From: Patescibacteria group bacterium
Lineage (GTDB): Bacteria; Patescibacteriota; Minisyncoccia; Phycocordibacterales; BOKC01
Direction of reading: 5' to 3'
Assembly (NCBI GenBank): GCA_038062955.1
Contig: JBBTWE010000001.1
Coordinates: 253,925 to 317,924, forward strand
DNA: 64,000 nucleotides
Shown here: positions 49,835 to 59,452 of the stretch, piece after piece
How the letters are laid out: every line of letters starts with the position of its first letter
How positions within the stretch are numbered: position 1 is the stretch's first letter
Position numbers and translations under genes: made by a program
Notes under the pieces: model-generated
What the model was told of the DNA's origin: nothing
What the model saw: the letters and a program-made list of their open reading frames with translations, nothing else
Database searches by the model: none

Positions 49835-50300
49835 AGAACAGGGGCCGATCCGAAGATCTTCCCCTGTCGTTGCGCATTTTTCGGACCCAGATAGAGGGGG
49901 TCCACCTCTTAGCCTTTTGAGTGGCTAAACACTCTTGCGTGTCGTTATCCAGCCCTTCCACGTTCACGATTTATGGTCGTGTCCGCTTATGGGTTCCAGT
50001 GACTCTACTCCTTTTCGAGGTTGTGGGTTGACGGTCGTCTCATTTTTTTGGATCGCCTTTTTGAGTGGCGAACTCTTACGTCTGGATTCCAGCCCTTCCC
50101 TTTTTGTGATCTCTCACAATCAGGTCGGGGTCCCCAGTTTTCTCCTCCACTAGGCCTTGTTTTACCACCTGCCAGTTGGGTGGGAAAGAACACTTTGAGT
50201 TAGCCAAAAAAAGCACAAAGGGGCAACCGACACACCACTTGGGTGCCGGTTTAGCCTCCTCCTGCCTTGACTAATCTGCTAAGAGCCTAGCATACTAACA
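49835..50300 (-). ncRNA. candidate structured non-coding RNA of unknown class, upstream of dnaX
   Basis: ~460-nt GC-rich block with no convincing ORF. Internal duplicated ~50-nt modules (GGAAGGGCTGGA..AAGAGT..CCACTCAAAAGGC). Ends in a GC hairpin plus T7. Confidence 0.3.
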
Positions 50301-50359
50301 AAATAATGTCAAGCGAAAATTAGACATTTCGTATCAGATGGCTTGAAATATAGGTTTTT

Positions 50360-51352
50360 TTAAATATTTTCTTTCTTCAGATATTCAGTTATTAAGAATT
50401 CTACTTCCCCGCTATTGTTTGTCTCCATGAGCTTCATTCGGAGTTCTTTTGCCCCATCCCAACCACTCACATAGGCTTTAAAATGCTTTTTCATAATGGC
50501 AAAATGTTTTACATCACCCAAAAGATCTTCAAAAAGATTAGTATGTTCAACTAAAACGGAAAGTTTTTCTCTCGGAGTTGGTGTCTTAATTTTAGAATTA
50601 TTCAAATTGGCAAAAAGCCACGGATTGCCAAAAATTGCTTTACCAAGCATCACTCCATCACAACCAGTTTCTTCTATCTTTTTTCTAGCATCATCCAAGC
50701 TCAAAACATCGCCATTTCCAATTATTAAAGTTTTTGATTTTAATTCATTTCGTATCAAAACTGCCGCTTTGATCCTTTCCCAGCGAGCTGGAACTTTAGA
50801 CATTTCTTTTCGGGTACGTGCATGAATTGTTACAGCCGCCACTTCTTCGTCCAAAAGTTCTGGCAACCAACTCTCTAAAATGTCTGTGTTGTAACCCAAA
50901 CGAATTTTAACTGAAACTGGCAGTTTATTGTCACATCCTCGTTTTGCGCTTTGTATTAATTCTCTTGCAAGCGTCGGATTTTTACATAGAGATGCTCCAG
51001 CTCCCTGCTTTTCGATGCTTTTATCGGGACACCCCATATTGATATCTATTCCATCAAAACCAAGTTCGAGAGCAGTTCTCGCCGCACGTTCCATCATTTC
51101 TGGTTTCGAAGTAAAAAATTGAGCAACGATGGGTTTCTCTTCCTTAGTGAATATCAAATCTTTCATTAAAACTGCGCGGCCGCCTGGACGGTCATTGCGA
51201 TAAAATAACCCATCAGCCGAAACAAATTCAGTCCAAAAAACATCTGGCTTGCCACATTTTGCAATCACACGTCTAAAAGCCGCATCAGTAACATCGGCCA
51301 TAGGTGCCAAACAGAAAAAAGGCTTGTTTAGTTTTTCCCAGAAGTTATTCAT
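50360..51352 (-). CDS. tRNA-dihydrouridine synthase
   Basis: LAPMADVTDAAFR, and the TIM-barrel FMN motif GFDGIDINMGCP. Confidence 0.85.
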   Translation of the reverse strand: MNNFWEKLNKPFFCLAPMADVTDAAFRRVIAKCGKPDVFWTEFVSADGLFYRNDRPGGRAVLMKDLIFTKEEKPIVAQFFTSKPEMMERAARTALELGFDGIDINMGCPDKSIEKQGAGASLCKNPTLARELIQSAKRGCDNKLPVSVKIRLGYNTDILESWLPELLDEEVAAVTIHARTRKEMSKVPARWERIKAAVLIRNELKSKTLIIGNGDVLSLDDARKKIEETGCDGVMLGKAIFGNPWLFANLNNSKIKTPTPREKLSVLVEHTNLFEDLLGDVKHFAIMKKHFKAYVSGWDGAKELRMKLMETNNSGEVEFLITEYLKKENI

Positions 51353-51360
51353 ACAGGAAA

Positions 51361-52206
51361 CTATCTTACCTTATAGAAGATTTTATTACCAAACTGAAGA
51401 TTAATTTGTTCAAGAGACCCTAAGGAATCAATTTCTTTTTGAAACTCGAGTTCGTCTATAAGCGCAGTGAGATTCTCAAATGTTTTTTCAAAATCATTTT
51501 CTGGATTTAAAATTAATTTAATATCCCCGCTTAAGCGTATTTCAAGATTCTCTCGATTATTGATGACCTTAATAATTTCTACATTAAAAGTCTTCGAAAC
51601 ATTATTTAAAAAACTATTTAAATCTTCGAAATTTTTTGTTTCTAGAAAATAATCGTTCATGGATTCGGTAGATGTGGCAGTATAATATTTTACAAAAGAG
51701 TTTCCACTAAAGTTAGGGGCGTCATCAAATAAAAAGCCTGTTTTATCCAAATACGAACATTTTTCATTTGAAATTTGATCGGACGATGATTCGCACCAAA
51801 GACCAAAGGGCTGTCTTTCTAGAATTTTAATGTTCAGAATTGAAAATTTTTCAATTGAAACCGTAACATCTGAAATTCTTTTAAATTGACTCAAAATATC
51901 ACTTTCAATTTCATATCTTGGATAAAGAAGAATATTTGATTTTGAAAATAGGCCGAGCATGGCGCCGTCTATTTTATTTTCAGCAATTTGAATTATTTCT
52001 TTCGTGTTTACAACCTCTTCTCCTGTTGTTTTTATTTCTTTAATGCCAAGAAATTTAGCATGGGAAAGCAAAGACAGTGTGCCGACAAACACAACTACTA
52101 ACAAAAAATATAAAACTATTCTGATAATAATTTTTTTTCTTCTCTTTTTAACTATATTGGAAGTTTTGAATTTTAACTTTGTACGAAACATATTAAATAG
52201 ATTCAT
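51361..52206 (-). CDS. FtsQ/DivIB-like cell-division protein (basic N-terminus, TM, POTRA-like region)
   Basis: KKRRKKIIIRIVLYFLLVVVF anchor followed by FLGIKEIKTTGEEVVNTKEI. The murF-PBP genes are nearby. Confidence 0.4.
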   Translation of the reverse strand: MNLFNMFRTKLKFKTSNIVKKRRKKIIIRIVLYFLLVVVFVGTLSLLSHAKFLGIKEIKTTGEEVVNTKEIIQIAENKIDGAMLGLFSKSNILLYPRYEIESDILSQFKRISDVTVSIEKFSILNIKILERQPFGLWCESSSDQISNEKCSYLDKTGFLFDDAPNFSGNSFVKYYTATSTESMNDYFLETKNFEDLNSFLNNVSKTFNVEIIKVINNRENLEIRLSGDIKLILNPENDFEKTFENLTALIDELEFQKEIDSLGSLEQINLQFGNKIFYKVR

Positions 52207-52235
52207 GATTCAAGATTCATGACTTTAAAATCTTA

Positions 52236-52255
52236 CCTGCCTGCCGGCAGGCAGG
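52236..52255. repeat. 20-bp palindrome CCTGCCTGCCGGCAGGCAGG
   Basis: Exact copy, embedded inside an AGATTCATGA-type inverted A/T repeat. Confidence 0.8.
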
Positions 52256-52289
52256 AATCATAAATCTTATATCTTAAATCTACAAAAAC

Positions 52290-53576
52290 TTACCCAAAGA
52301 ATTCTTTGTCACCGAGATATGGTCGCAAGACTTCTGGAATTTTAACCCTGCCGTCTGCCTGCTGATAATTTTCCATAATAGCTATCATCGGTCTTCCAGA
52401 AAGCGCCGTGTTATTTAATGAATGAACGAATTTCAATTTAGTTTGTCCTCCAGCAACCGCAGGATCATTATCGCGATACTTAATATTAAGTCTACGAGTT
52501 TGAAAATCATGGAAATAGGACGATGAATGAGTTTCGCGATATTTTTTCTCTGAAGGAACCCAAGCTTCGATATCGTATTTTTTAACCTGACCTAATCCTA
52601 AATCCCCGCCACAATTTATAACGATTCGATATGGAAGTTTAAGAGCTTGCATAATTTCTTCGGCGTTTGCGGTAATTTCTTCGTGTAGTGCAACCGAGGT
52701 CTCGTGACTAGCCTCGCACAAGACCACTTGTTCGAACTTGTAAAATTCATGGACACGCATAATGCCCTTAGTGTCTTTGCCATGGCTTCCAGCTTCACGC
52801 CTAAACGCAGGAGAAAATGCCAAAATCTTAATCGGTAAATCTTTTTTATCTATCACTTCATCCATAAAATATCCCATGGTGGCCACTTCGGCAGTACCAG
52901 ACAAATATTCTCCATCTTGTGTTTTGTACAAATCTTCTTCGCTTTGTGGCAAATATCCTGTACCAACAAATGGTTCGCGTTTAATTAAAGACGGCACAAT
53001 CATCGGGGAAAAACCTCCTTTTTTCAAAAAGAAATCATTTAAAAATTGCCAGAGAGCAAACTGTAGTCGGGCTCCATCGTTCTTCAAAAAATATCCGCGA
53101 AAACCAGCCACCTTTGTACCACGCTCCAAATCAAGCATCTTTAAAGAAGTCATGAGTTCAACATGACTCTTTGGTTCAAAATCAAATTTTGGAATTTCAC
53201 CCCAAACTTTTGTTTCGAGATTATCTGCGTCGCTTTCTCCTTCCGGCACAGACACGTCTGGAATATTCGGCACGCTTACCATGAGCATTTGCCAAGATTT
53301 GATCACCTCTGCAAGTTCGCTCTCTTTTCCTTGAAGTTCCTTTTTAAGAGGTTTCATTTCCTGAATGAGCCTTAACTTTTCATTCTGATATGTTTTGAGA
53401 CTAATCAAATTGGTAGCTTCATTCTGTTTTTTACGCAATTCTTCCACGGCCAAAATAAGCTCTTTCCTCTTATCATCTAGAGAAAGAAGCGCATCCACAT
53501 CAAATTTGATGTTCTTTTTCTTGGCACCGAATGCAACCAAGTCCTTGTTTTCTCTTATGAATTTAATGTCTAGCAT
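52290..53576 (-). CDS. serS: seryl-tRNA synthetase
   Basis: N-terminal coiled coil. Class II motifs FRRE and GxGxGxxR-like. PMIAIMENYQ. Confidence 0.9.
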   Translation of the reverse strand: MLDIKFIRENKDLVAFGAKKKNIKFDVDALLSLDDKRKELILAVEELRKKQNEATNLISLKTYQNEKLRLIQEMKPLKKELQGKESELAEVIKSWQMLMVSVPNIPDVSVPEGESDADNLETKVWGEIPKFDFEPKSHVELMTSLKMLDLERGTKVAGFRGYFLKNDGARLQFALWQFLNDFFLKKGGFSPMIVPSLIKREPFVGTGYLPQSEEDLYKTQDGEYLSGTAEVATMGYFMDEVIDKKDLPIKILAFSPAFRREAGSHGKDTKGIMRVHEFYKFEQVVLCEASHETSVALHEEITANAEEIMQALKLPYRIVINCGGDLGLGQVKKYDIEAWVPSEKKYRETHSSSYFHDFQTRRLNIKYRDNDPAVAGGQTKLKFVHSLNNTALSGRPMIAIMENYQQADGRVKIPEVLRPYLGDKEFFG

Positions 53577-53633
53577 GAATTTAGTTTAATACTGTAAATT
53601 GTAACAGAAATGTTATTATTAGAAAAATAAGAA

Positions 53634-54485
53634 ATGGACAGTATTAAAGTCTTAAATAAAAAAGATTGGCCGAAACTTCTCCTTGAAATAAACGATCCGC
53701 CAAAAAAACTTTACATAAGAGGTGTCTTCCCGGGAGAAGATTTCCTATTTTTAAGCGTAGTTGGTTCCCGAAAATACACAAATTACGGAAAGTCGGCTTG
53801 CGAAGCCCTTATTGAGAGCTTACGAGGACAGCCGGTTGTGATAGTTTCTGGGCTAGCTTTAGGAATTGATTCGATCGCTCACAAAAAAGCTCTGGAAATT
53901 GGACTTACAACTCTCGCAATTCCAGGCTCTGGATTAGATGAAAAAGTGCTTTATCCTAGCACCCACAAAAACCTGGCGAGACAGATTGTCGAGAAGGGCG
54001 GATGTTTAATTTCAGAATTTGAACCGGATTTTAAAGCCACTGCATATTCTTTCCCCCAGAGAAACAGAATCATGGCCGGGTTATCTTCGGCTGTTTTAGT
54101 AATTGAAGCTGAGAAAAAATCAGGCACGCTCATCACCGCAAGACTTGCACTCGATTATAACCGTGATGTTTTTGCAGTGCCCGGACCAATTTTTAGTTCA
54201 AGCTCTGAAGGCACAAATATGCTCATCAAAAATGGCGCCTGCACAATCACGAGTCCTTCTGATCTTTTGGACGTATTAGGATTAAAAGAGCCTACTCCGG
54301 AAGATAAATTCGCCGACTGTTCCGAAGATGAAAAGAAAATCATCGAACTTTTGAAAAACCCAATGACTCGCGACGAGCTTATACGAGAAAGCGGTTTCTC
54401 CTCCCAAGACGCTCAAGTGCTTCTTTCGGTTATGGAGATCAAGGGAATTATCGGAGAGAGTATGGGAGAGATAAGAATTAAGTAG
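53634..54485 (+). CDS. dprA: DNA-processing protein DprA/Smf
   Basis: VVGSRKYTNYG ... VIVSGLALGIDSIAH ... C-terminal winged-helix domain. Confidence 0.85.
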   Translation: MDSIKVLNKKDWPKLLLEINDPPKKLYIRGVFPGEDFLFLSVVGSRKYTNYGKSACEALIESLRGQPVVIVSGLALGIDSIAHKKALEIGLTTLAIPGSGLDEKVLYPSTHKNLARQIVEKGGCLISEFEPDFKATAYSFPQRNRIMAGLSSAVLVIEAEKKSGTLITARLALDYNRDVFAVPGPIFSSSSEGTNMLIKNGACTITSPSDLLDVLGLKEPTPEDKFADCSEDEKKIIELLKNPMTRDELIRESGFSSQDAQVLLSVMEIKGIIGESMGEIRIK

Positions 54486-54515
54486 ATTTATGATCTACGA
54501 TTTAAGATATAAGAT

Positions 54516-54553
54516 TTAAAAAAATTCTTACGAAGAATCGTAAGAATTTTTTT
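54516..54553. terminator. bidirectional rho-independent terminator
   Basis: A6-AATTCTTACGaagaatCGTAAGAATT-T7. Confidence 0.75.
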
Positions 54554-54579
54554 AACTAATGCGTCAAAAATAAAAGAAT

Positions 54580-54957
54580 TTACTTTATGGAGTCGATTTT
54601 GACGACAAAATGTGGTTGCCTATGTCCGCGTAATTTGAAATATCTGCTCTTAGCTTTGTATTTTACTACATCAACTTTTTTACCTCTTCCTTCTTCTTCA
54701 AAAGTTGCAATGACTTTAGCTCCGGTAATATAAGGCATACCGATTGTCGTATCGCTGCCATTATCAACCAAGAGAACTTTATCAAAAGTAATTTTATCCC
54801 CCGCTTTAAACTCTCCTGGCATCTTTTCGATCTTCAAAATATCCCCAACTTTTACTTGGTATTGTTTGCCTCCAGTCAAAATAATGGCGAATTCACTAGA
54901 GTTATTCGCCGCGACTGCGGTTTCAACTTTTTTGGTCTTTTGAGCAACAATAGCCAT
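54580..54957 (-). CDS. rplU: 50S ribosomal protein L21 with ~23-aa N-terminal extension
   Basis: FAIILTGGKQYQVKVGD ... KAKSRYFKLRGHRQPH. Confidence 0.8.
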   Translation of the reverse strand: MAIVAQKTKKVETAVAANNSSEFAIILTGGKQYQVKVGDILKIEKMPGEFKAGDKITFDKVLLVDNGSDTTIGMPYITGAKVIATFEEEGRGKKVDVVKYKAKSRYFKLRGHRQPHFVVKIDSIK

Positions 54958-55145
54958 ATTGGTGTATATAATACTTATTCTCTATAAAAAATCAAGTCGC
55001 TCTGGTCTTTATTTGTAAATTTTTTTGTTACAAGCTCCGCTTGCTTCCATGCGATGTATAAGTACATACATCTTGGTCGCAATGCTCGCTTGTGCCTCAA
55101 ACTTTACAAAAAATCCTCAGAGCTTAATCACTGTGGCACATGCAT

Positions 55146-55177
55146 AAAAAAAGACCCTGCACTTCACGTGTAGGGTC
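55146..55177 (-). terminator. rho-independent terminator of a GC-rich cassette
   Basis: GACCCTacacgtgaagtgcAGGGTC plus T7 on the minus strand. Confidence 0.65.
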
Positions 55178-55215
55178 CGAGTCAACGCTATTCTAGGGAG
55201 CTTTTTACAGTTCGG

Positions 55216-55737
55216 CTAGGCTACCTGAGCAGGAGTAGAAGTGGATGAGACAGCAAAGGCAACTCCACCATCTTGATCCCACACATCAGTAGGTTTGACG
55301 CAGTATGCCACCAACCATGGCTGGGTAGAATGCCATCTTGCAACAAGAAAAAAAGGTTCATTGCCACAATGAAGTGGATTATGTAGAGCAACAATCCAAT
55401 ACAGACCCATTTCCCGGATCTGATCGTTTGTGAACATTCTGCGTATCAGACAGACAACTTCAGCATTTGGCACCCTGAGATCTCGTTGACTGGCCCTAAT
55501 ACGTATAGCTAACGTAGTACGCTCAACAACAGGAATAAATCCCACCTTAAGAACCGCTATCTCAGTGGTAACACCAGAGGTCGCCACGAAAAAAGGAGAA
55601 CGCAAGAGAGTTCTTGCTTCGTCAGAAAGTGGGTAAAAATTCTCGTCGAACCATTTCATCCACCCTTCGCCTGTCGTGCCGTCGCTCGTGACAGAGAAGT
55701 AGATGACCCCATTCTCTTCGCGCCAATCGTGTGACAT
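55216..55737 (-). CDS. GC-rich hypothetical protein (173 aa)
   Basis: ~52 % GC, with GGAG 8 nt before the ATG, its own promoter and its own terminator. Confidence 0.45.
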   Translation of the reverse strand: MSHDWREENGVIYFSVTSDGTTGEGWMKWFDENFYPLSDEARTLLRSPFFVATSGVTTEIAVLKVGFIPVVERTTLAIRIRASQRDLRVPNAEVVCLIRRMFTNDQIREMGLYWIVALHNPLHCGNEPFFLVARWHSTQPWLVAYCVKPTDVWDQDGGVAFAVSSTSTPAQVA

Positions 55738-55899
55738 GGTCTATTTCTCCATTTAAGAAGCTTGCTAGAAATCCACCGAAGTTGGTGGTCATAGCCAAGA
55801 ATCCTCATGTTCCATAAGAACTTTTGGCTACGACCACACTACTTACATCCCGCTTCCGCCCCAACTACAGCGTGGCAAAGTCAAAGAACAACTCGAAAA

Positions 55900-55928
55900 A
55901 ACATACTCTTTGTGAAGCATTTTGTCAA
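55900..55928 (-). promoter_or_regulatory. sigma70 promoter TTGACA-17-TATGTT
   Basis: Reverse complement reads ttgacaaaatgcttcacaaagagtatgtt. Confidence 0.45.
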
Positions 55929-56005
55929 CATCAAAACGCAGATTCAAGATTTATGATTCACGATTCATGAATTTAAAATCTTAAATCGTATATCATAAAT
56001 CTTCC

Positions 56006-57073
56006 CTATTCTTCAAGCATCGGTTTATCCGTTATCTCTGGAATCATACCCGCAGACTCACCGGTAATTTTTAAAATATCTTTATCAATCTTTCCAAGTT
56101 CTTTATATCCAGCGTCATAATGACGAGCGGTTGTGGAAATCGAAGCGCCGAGTTTTTTATAATAATCTTCGTAGGCTTTGAGATGACGCGAAAGTTTTTC
56201 GACATTTTTTGCAATATCTTTGGTCGCTTCTTCTATCTTAAAAGCCTTGAAACCATAAAGCACGGATTGTAAATAAGCGGCGAAAGTAGTCGGGGAAACT
56301 ATTATCACCTTCCTATCATTCTGTGCATAATCAATGAGGCTTCGAGTATTGATAACCCCCACTCCATCGTTCAAAAGATCGTAATAAATACTCTCGGCTG
56401 GAATGTACATGAAAGCAAAAGGCAGGGTGTTGTCTTTGGGACGCACATATTTACTGGTCTCATCAATTCTCTTCTTAAGATCACGTTTGAATGCTTCTTC
56501 GTATTCAATGCGACGAGTTTCGTCGGTCTCGCTTCGGAGCCTTGAATAATTTTCAAGGGGAAATTTGGCGTCAACCGGAATAATTCCATCAGGCGTCATG
56601 ATAGCCGCGTCCACGATATCGCCGTCAGGAAATTTGTACTGCATTTTATAGGCGGTCGGCGGCAGAATATTACTCATCACAAGTTCGAGAGAAGCCTCGC
56701 CGAGAGAACCTCGCTGTTTTTGATTTTTAAGAACTTTCTCAAGATTGGAAAGTTGATCGGCAATCACCATGAATTGTCTCGTGGCTTCATTGGTCTTGGT
56801 TTGTTCGCGAGCAACTTCAATCAAATTCTTGCTAACCTCCTGATTTATTTCCTGAATCAAACGCTTTGACTCACCGAATTGATGATGCACCATTGTCTGC
56901 ATTTCTCGACGTGACTCACCCATCTTGGAATCCACCACTTTGGCAAGCTCGTTCATTTGCTGTAAAATTAAGTTGAGTCCACCAGTTTCTGGTTTCGTGT
57001 CTTTGCGGCGAAAGTGAAGCCACACCAATATCAGGACTACCACTATCAGAATAATTATTAATATATTTTGCAT
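56006..57073 (-). CDS. rmuC: DNA recombination protein RmuC
   Basis: N-terminal TM, long coiled coil, QRGSLGEASLE motif and the RmuC C-terminal region. Confidence 0.75.
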   Translation of the reverse strand: MQNILIIILIVVVLILVWLHFRRKDTKPETGGLNLILQQMNELAKVVDSKMGESRREMQTMVHHQFGESKRLIQEINQEVSKNLIEVAREQTKTNEATRQFMVIADQLSNLEKVLKNQKQRGSLGEASLELVMSNILPPTAYKMQYKFPDGDIVDAAIMTPDGIIPVDAKFPLENYSRLRSETDETRRIEYEEAFKRDLKKRIDETSKYVRPKDNTLPFAFMYIPAESIYYDLLNDGVGVINTRSLIDYAQNDRKVIIVSPTTFAAYLQSVLYGFKAFKIEEATKDIAKNVEKLSRHLKAYEDYYKKLGASISTTARHYDAGYKELGKIDKDILKITGESAGMIPEITDKPMLEE

Positions 57074-57118
57074 TGATACAATTATATCAAATACATTAAA
57101 TAAGGCATAAAAAAATTT

Positions 57119-57568
57119 ATGATTTTAAATACTATAAGAGAAGAAATTAAGGTAGCAATGCGAGCAAAAGATACAATGAGTCTCAATACTCTGCGAGGAG
57201 TTTTGGCTGCATTCACCAATGAGCTTGTGGCGACTAAAAGAAAACCACAAGAAGAATTGACCGATGAAGAAGCCCTGAATGTTATTAAACGACTTTGCAA
57301 ACAAAGAAAAGATTCAATCGAACAATTTAAAACCGGCGGTCGCGCTGATCTGGTTCTAACCGAAGAAAAGGAACTCCAAATTTTAAAAAAATATCTACCT
57401 GAAGAAGTTGGTGAAGCAGAAATTAGAAAAGTAGCCGAAAGTAAAAAAGTGGCTTTGAAAGTTACAGATAAAGCAAAAATTGGAATCTTGGTTGGGGCAG
57501 TGATGAAAGAACTTAAGGGTAAGGCAGACGGAGCTAGTGTCAAAAAGGTAATCGAAAGCCTATTCTAG
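57119..57568 (+). CDS. GatB/YqeY-domain protein
   Basis: EEIKVAMRAKDTMSLNTLRGVLAAF ... KGKADGASVKKVIESL is the typical YqeY pattern. Confidence 0.7.
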   Translation: MILNTIREEIKVAMRAKDTMSLNTLRGVLAAFTNELVATKRKPQEELTDEEALNVIKRLCKQRKDSIEQFKTGGRADLVLTEEKELQILKKYLPEEVGEAEIRKVAESKKVALKVTDKAKIGILVGAVMKELKGKADGASVKKVIESLF

Positions 57569-57731
57569 GATTTATGATTTAAGATATGAGATTTCAGATT
57601 TAAGAAAAATATCTATAATTATTGATTCCTGAATTTATTTGTATCATTCGTAATTGGTGTCGTGTGTATAAAAAAACCGCGCAAACCCTGCACTTGCAGT
57701 GTCTACGCGGTCGATGTTGCGCTACCCAATC

Positions 57732-58256
57732 TCACATCGGATAAGCTCGAGCGAAACGAGTTGCGTGTTCCCTGTCCCCGGCTCCCAACAAAGTCCAGAG
57801 GAGTCGAAAATGGGTACCATTGTCCATCCGAGGCATGTACAGAATGAACCGCTCGGGACCTTTCACGATGTGTAGCCTCGGGTTGCGAAGTTTCCTTCCT
57901 CCCTTGCAGAAAACCCTTGTTCCGGGAAATTCCAGAGAATTACCCGCTTCAAGAAGCTGTAGGAGAGCTGGCGGCTTGTGCTCAAAGAGCCACAGTGCCT
58001 GCTGACATCCAGCCACCCCCAGATCGACAAGGTTCCGATCATAACGTTCGCTGTCCACCTCGGGAAGAGGAGAAGTTGCGAGACGTTCCGCTTCCACCCT
58101 ACAGAGACCATCGATTGATCTCTCTTCCATTTCAGAAATCTGCATCTCCGGAAATCTGGCGCAAAGCTCTCTTCGTGTTGGCTTGCGGAGCTTCGGAACC
58201 AAGATGTTCATCATCGCAACACTGTGACTTCTGACTGCTTCTCGACGCATTTGCAT
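57732..58256 (-). CDS. GC-rich hypothetical protein, paralog A of a tandem pair
   Basis: Shares GVAG.Q.A.WL ... ALL.LL ... LEFPGT ... MPR ... LGAGD with 58558-59094. AGGAAA RBS. Confidence 0.5.
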   Translation of the reverse strand: MQMRREAVRSHSVAMMNILVPKLRKPTRRELCARFPEMQISEMEERSIDGLCRVEAERLATSPLPEVDSERYDRNLVDLGVAGCQQALWLFEHKPPALLQLLEAGNSLEFPGTRVFCKGGRKLRNPRLHIVKGPERFILYMPRMDNGTHFRLLWTLLGAGDREHATRFARAYPM

Positions 58257-58346
58257 GATTGACCGTTTCCTAAAAAGAAGTTTCGAATAGCGCTTCCAAA
58301 GAACTATTCCTCTTGCAAGATAGCATTTTTAGTGCTGTTGTGTCAA

Positions 58347-58432
58347 CCCCGTAGTACCTGCCTACCGGCAAGGCAGGGATTTTGGCATAGCAACTTTGTT
58401 GCAAAGCAACGATGCCAAAATTCACTACGGGG
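58347..58432. repeat. palindromic element family B, copy A (immediately upstream of the -35 of paralog A)
   Basis: CCCGTAGT...ACTACGGG outer stem. CCTGCCTACCGGCAAGGCAGG and TTTTGGCAT..ATGCCAAAA internal hairpins. Inverted twin at 59276-59361. Confidence 0.75.
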
Positions 58433-58557
58433 TCGAATTAATTAGATAAATATAAAAAAGACCCCGGAGACACTGCTAAACAGCATCTCCGGGGTCCGAA
58501 TGTTCGCTTCGATTCCAGGATAAACCTAGAACGAAGTTGTGAGGTGTTCGATCCGTC

Positions 58558-59094
58558 TCACACTGGCGGAACAGCGAAAGCAACCCGAGTCCTGGGATCC
58601 AAGTCCCCTGCACCCAGAGAACCCCATGTCATTTGAAGACCCGAACCTCCATGGATCCTCGGCATGAGCGGAATGAGCCTCTGTTGCCCAATCACTTTCC
58701 CTCTTGCCACCTTTGGCACAGTGATGACCGTGCCGGGGAACTCGAGACAGAACCCATCTCGCAGAAGTTCCAGAAGTGCTTGAGGGCGACTCTGGAGAAG
58801 CCATCTGGCGTGCTGGTAACCAGCCACTCCCGCCATCCTTCCGCACCTCTTCATCTCCAACTCGAGCTTCGTACCGTACCTCTCTCCATCGACTGACCCG
58901 ACGGAGCATGTGGACAGGCCTTTCGGCACTATCTTCACAGGACACAGGACCGAACTGTCCTGTGTCTCGAGAATCCCCATCTTGGGAAACTTGCCGCGGA
59001 GCATCCTGATACTCGTCGCGCCAACTCCCGGAATCACGATCTCCTCCCACGGGGAAGAAACCATCTTCGACTCCACGAACGTATCTACTTGCAT
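58558..59094 (-). CDS. GC-rich hypothetical protein, paralog B
   Basis: Paralog of 57732-58256. Promoter TTGACA-15-TATAAT at 59249-59275. Terminator GACCCCGGAGAtgctgtttagcagtgTCTCCGGGGTC plus T6. Confidence 0.5.
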   Translation of the reverse strand: MQVDTFVESKMVSSPWEEIVIPGVGATSIRMLRGKFPKMGILETQDSSVLCPVKIVPKGLSTCSVGSVDGERYGTKLELEMKRCGRMAGVAGYQHARWLLQSRPQALLELLRDGFCLEFPGTVITVPKVARGKVIGQQRLIPLMPRIHGGSGLQMTWGSLGAGDLDPRTRVAFAVPPV

Positions 59095-59275
59095 GACCGT
59101 TTCCTTCTATCGAGTGACCGAAAGCACCCAAGAAACTTGGATGCTTTTCACCTCTTTTCAACATCCAAAGAACCCATTGGGACGAGTGCCTCAAACCTTG
59201 AAAAGAAGTATGCGAGCAGGTTCCTCCAAAGAACTACTCCTCAAATAAATTATACCTTTAATGACCGCGTGTCAA

Positions 59276-59361
59276 TCCCGTAGTGAATTTTGGCATCGTT
59301 GCTTTGCAACAAAGTTGCTATGCCAAAATCCCTGCCTTGCCGGTAGGCAGGTACTACGGGA
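59276..59361. repeat. palindromic element family B, copy B
   Basis: Reverse complement of 58347-58432. Preceded by the same GTGTCAA (-35) junction. Confidence 0.75.
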
Positions 59362-59452
59362 TCAAATAAAAAAACAGCCCACCTAGACCGAAGTCTAGGT
59401 GGGCTGTCGAAGAGAGTTGAACTCCCTGTTTGTGGGTCGGGCGAAGCCGAAC

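Noticed and set aside
50005-50193. 62-aa basic GTG-start ORF inside the candidate ncRNA region
   Set aside because: Highly basic low-complexity composition with no RBS. More consistent with a chance frame in GC-rich structured RNA.
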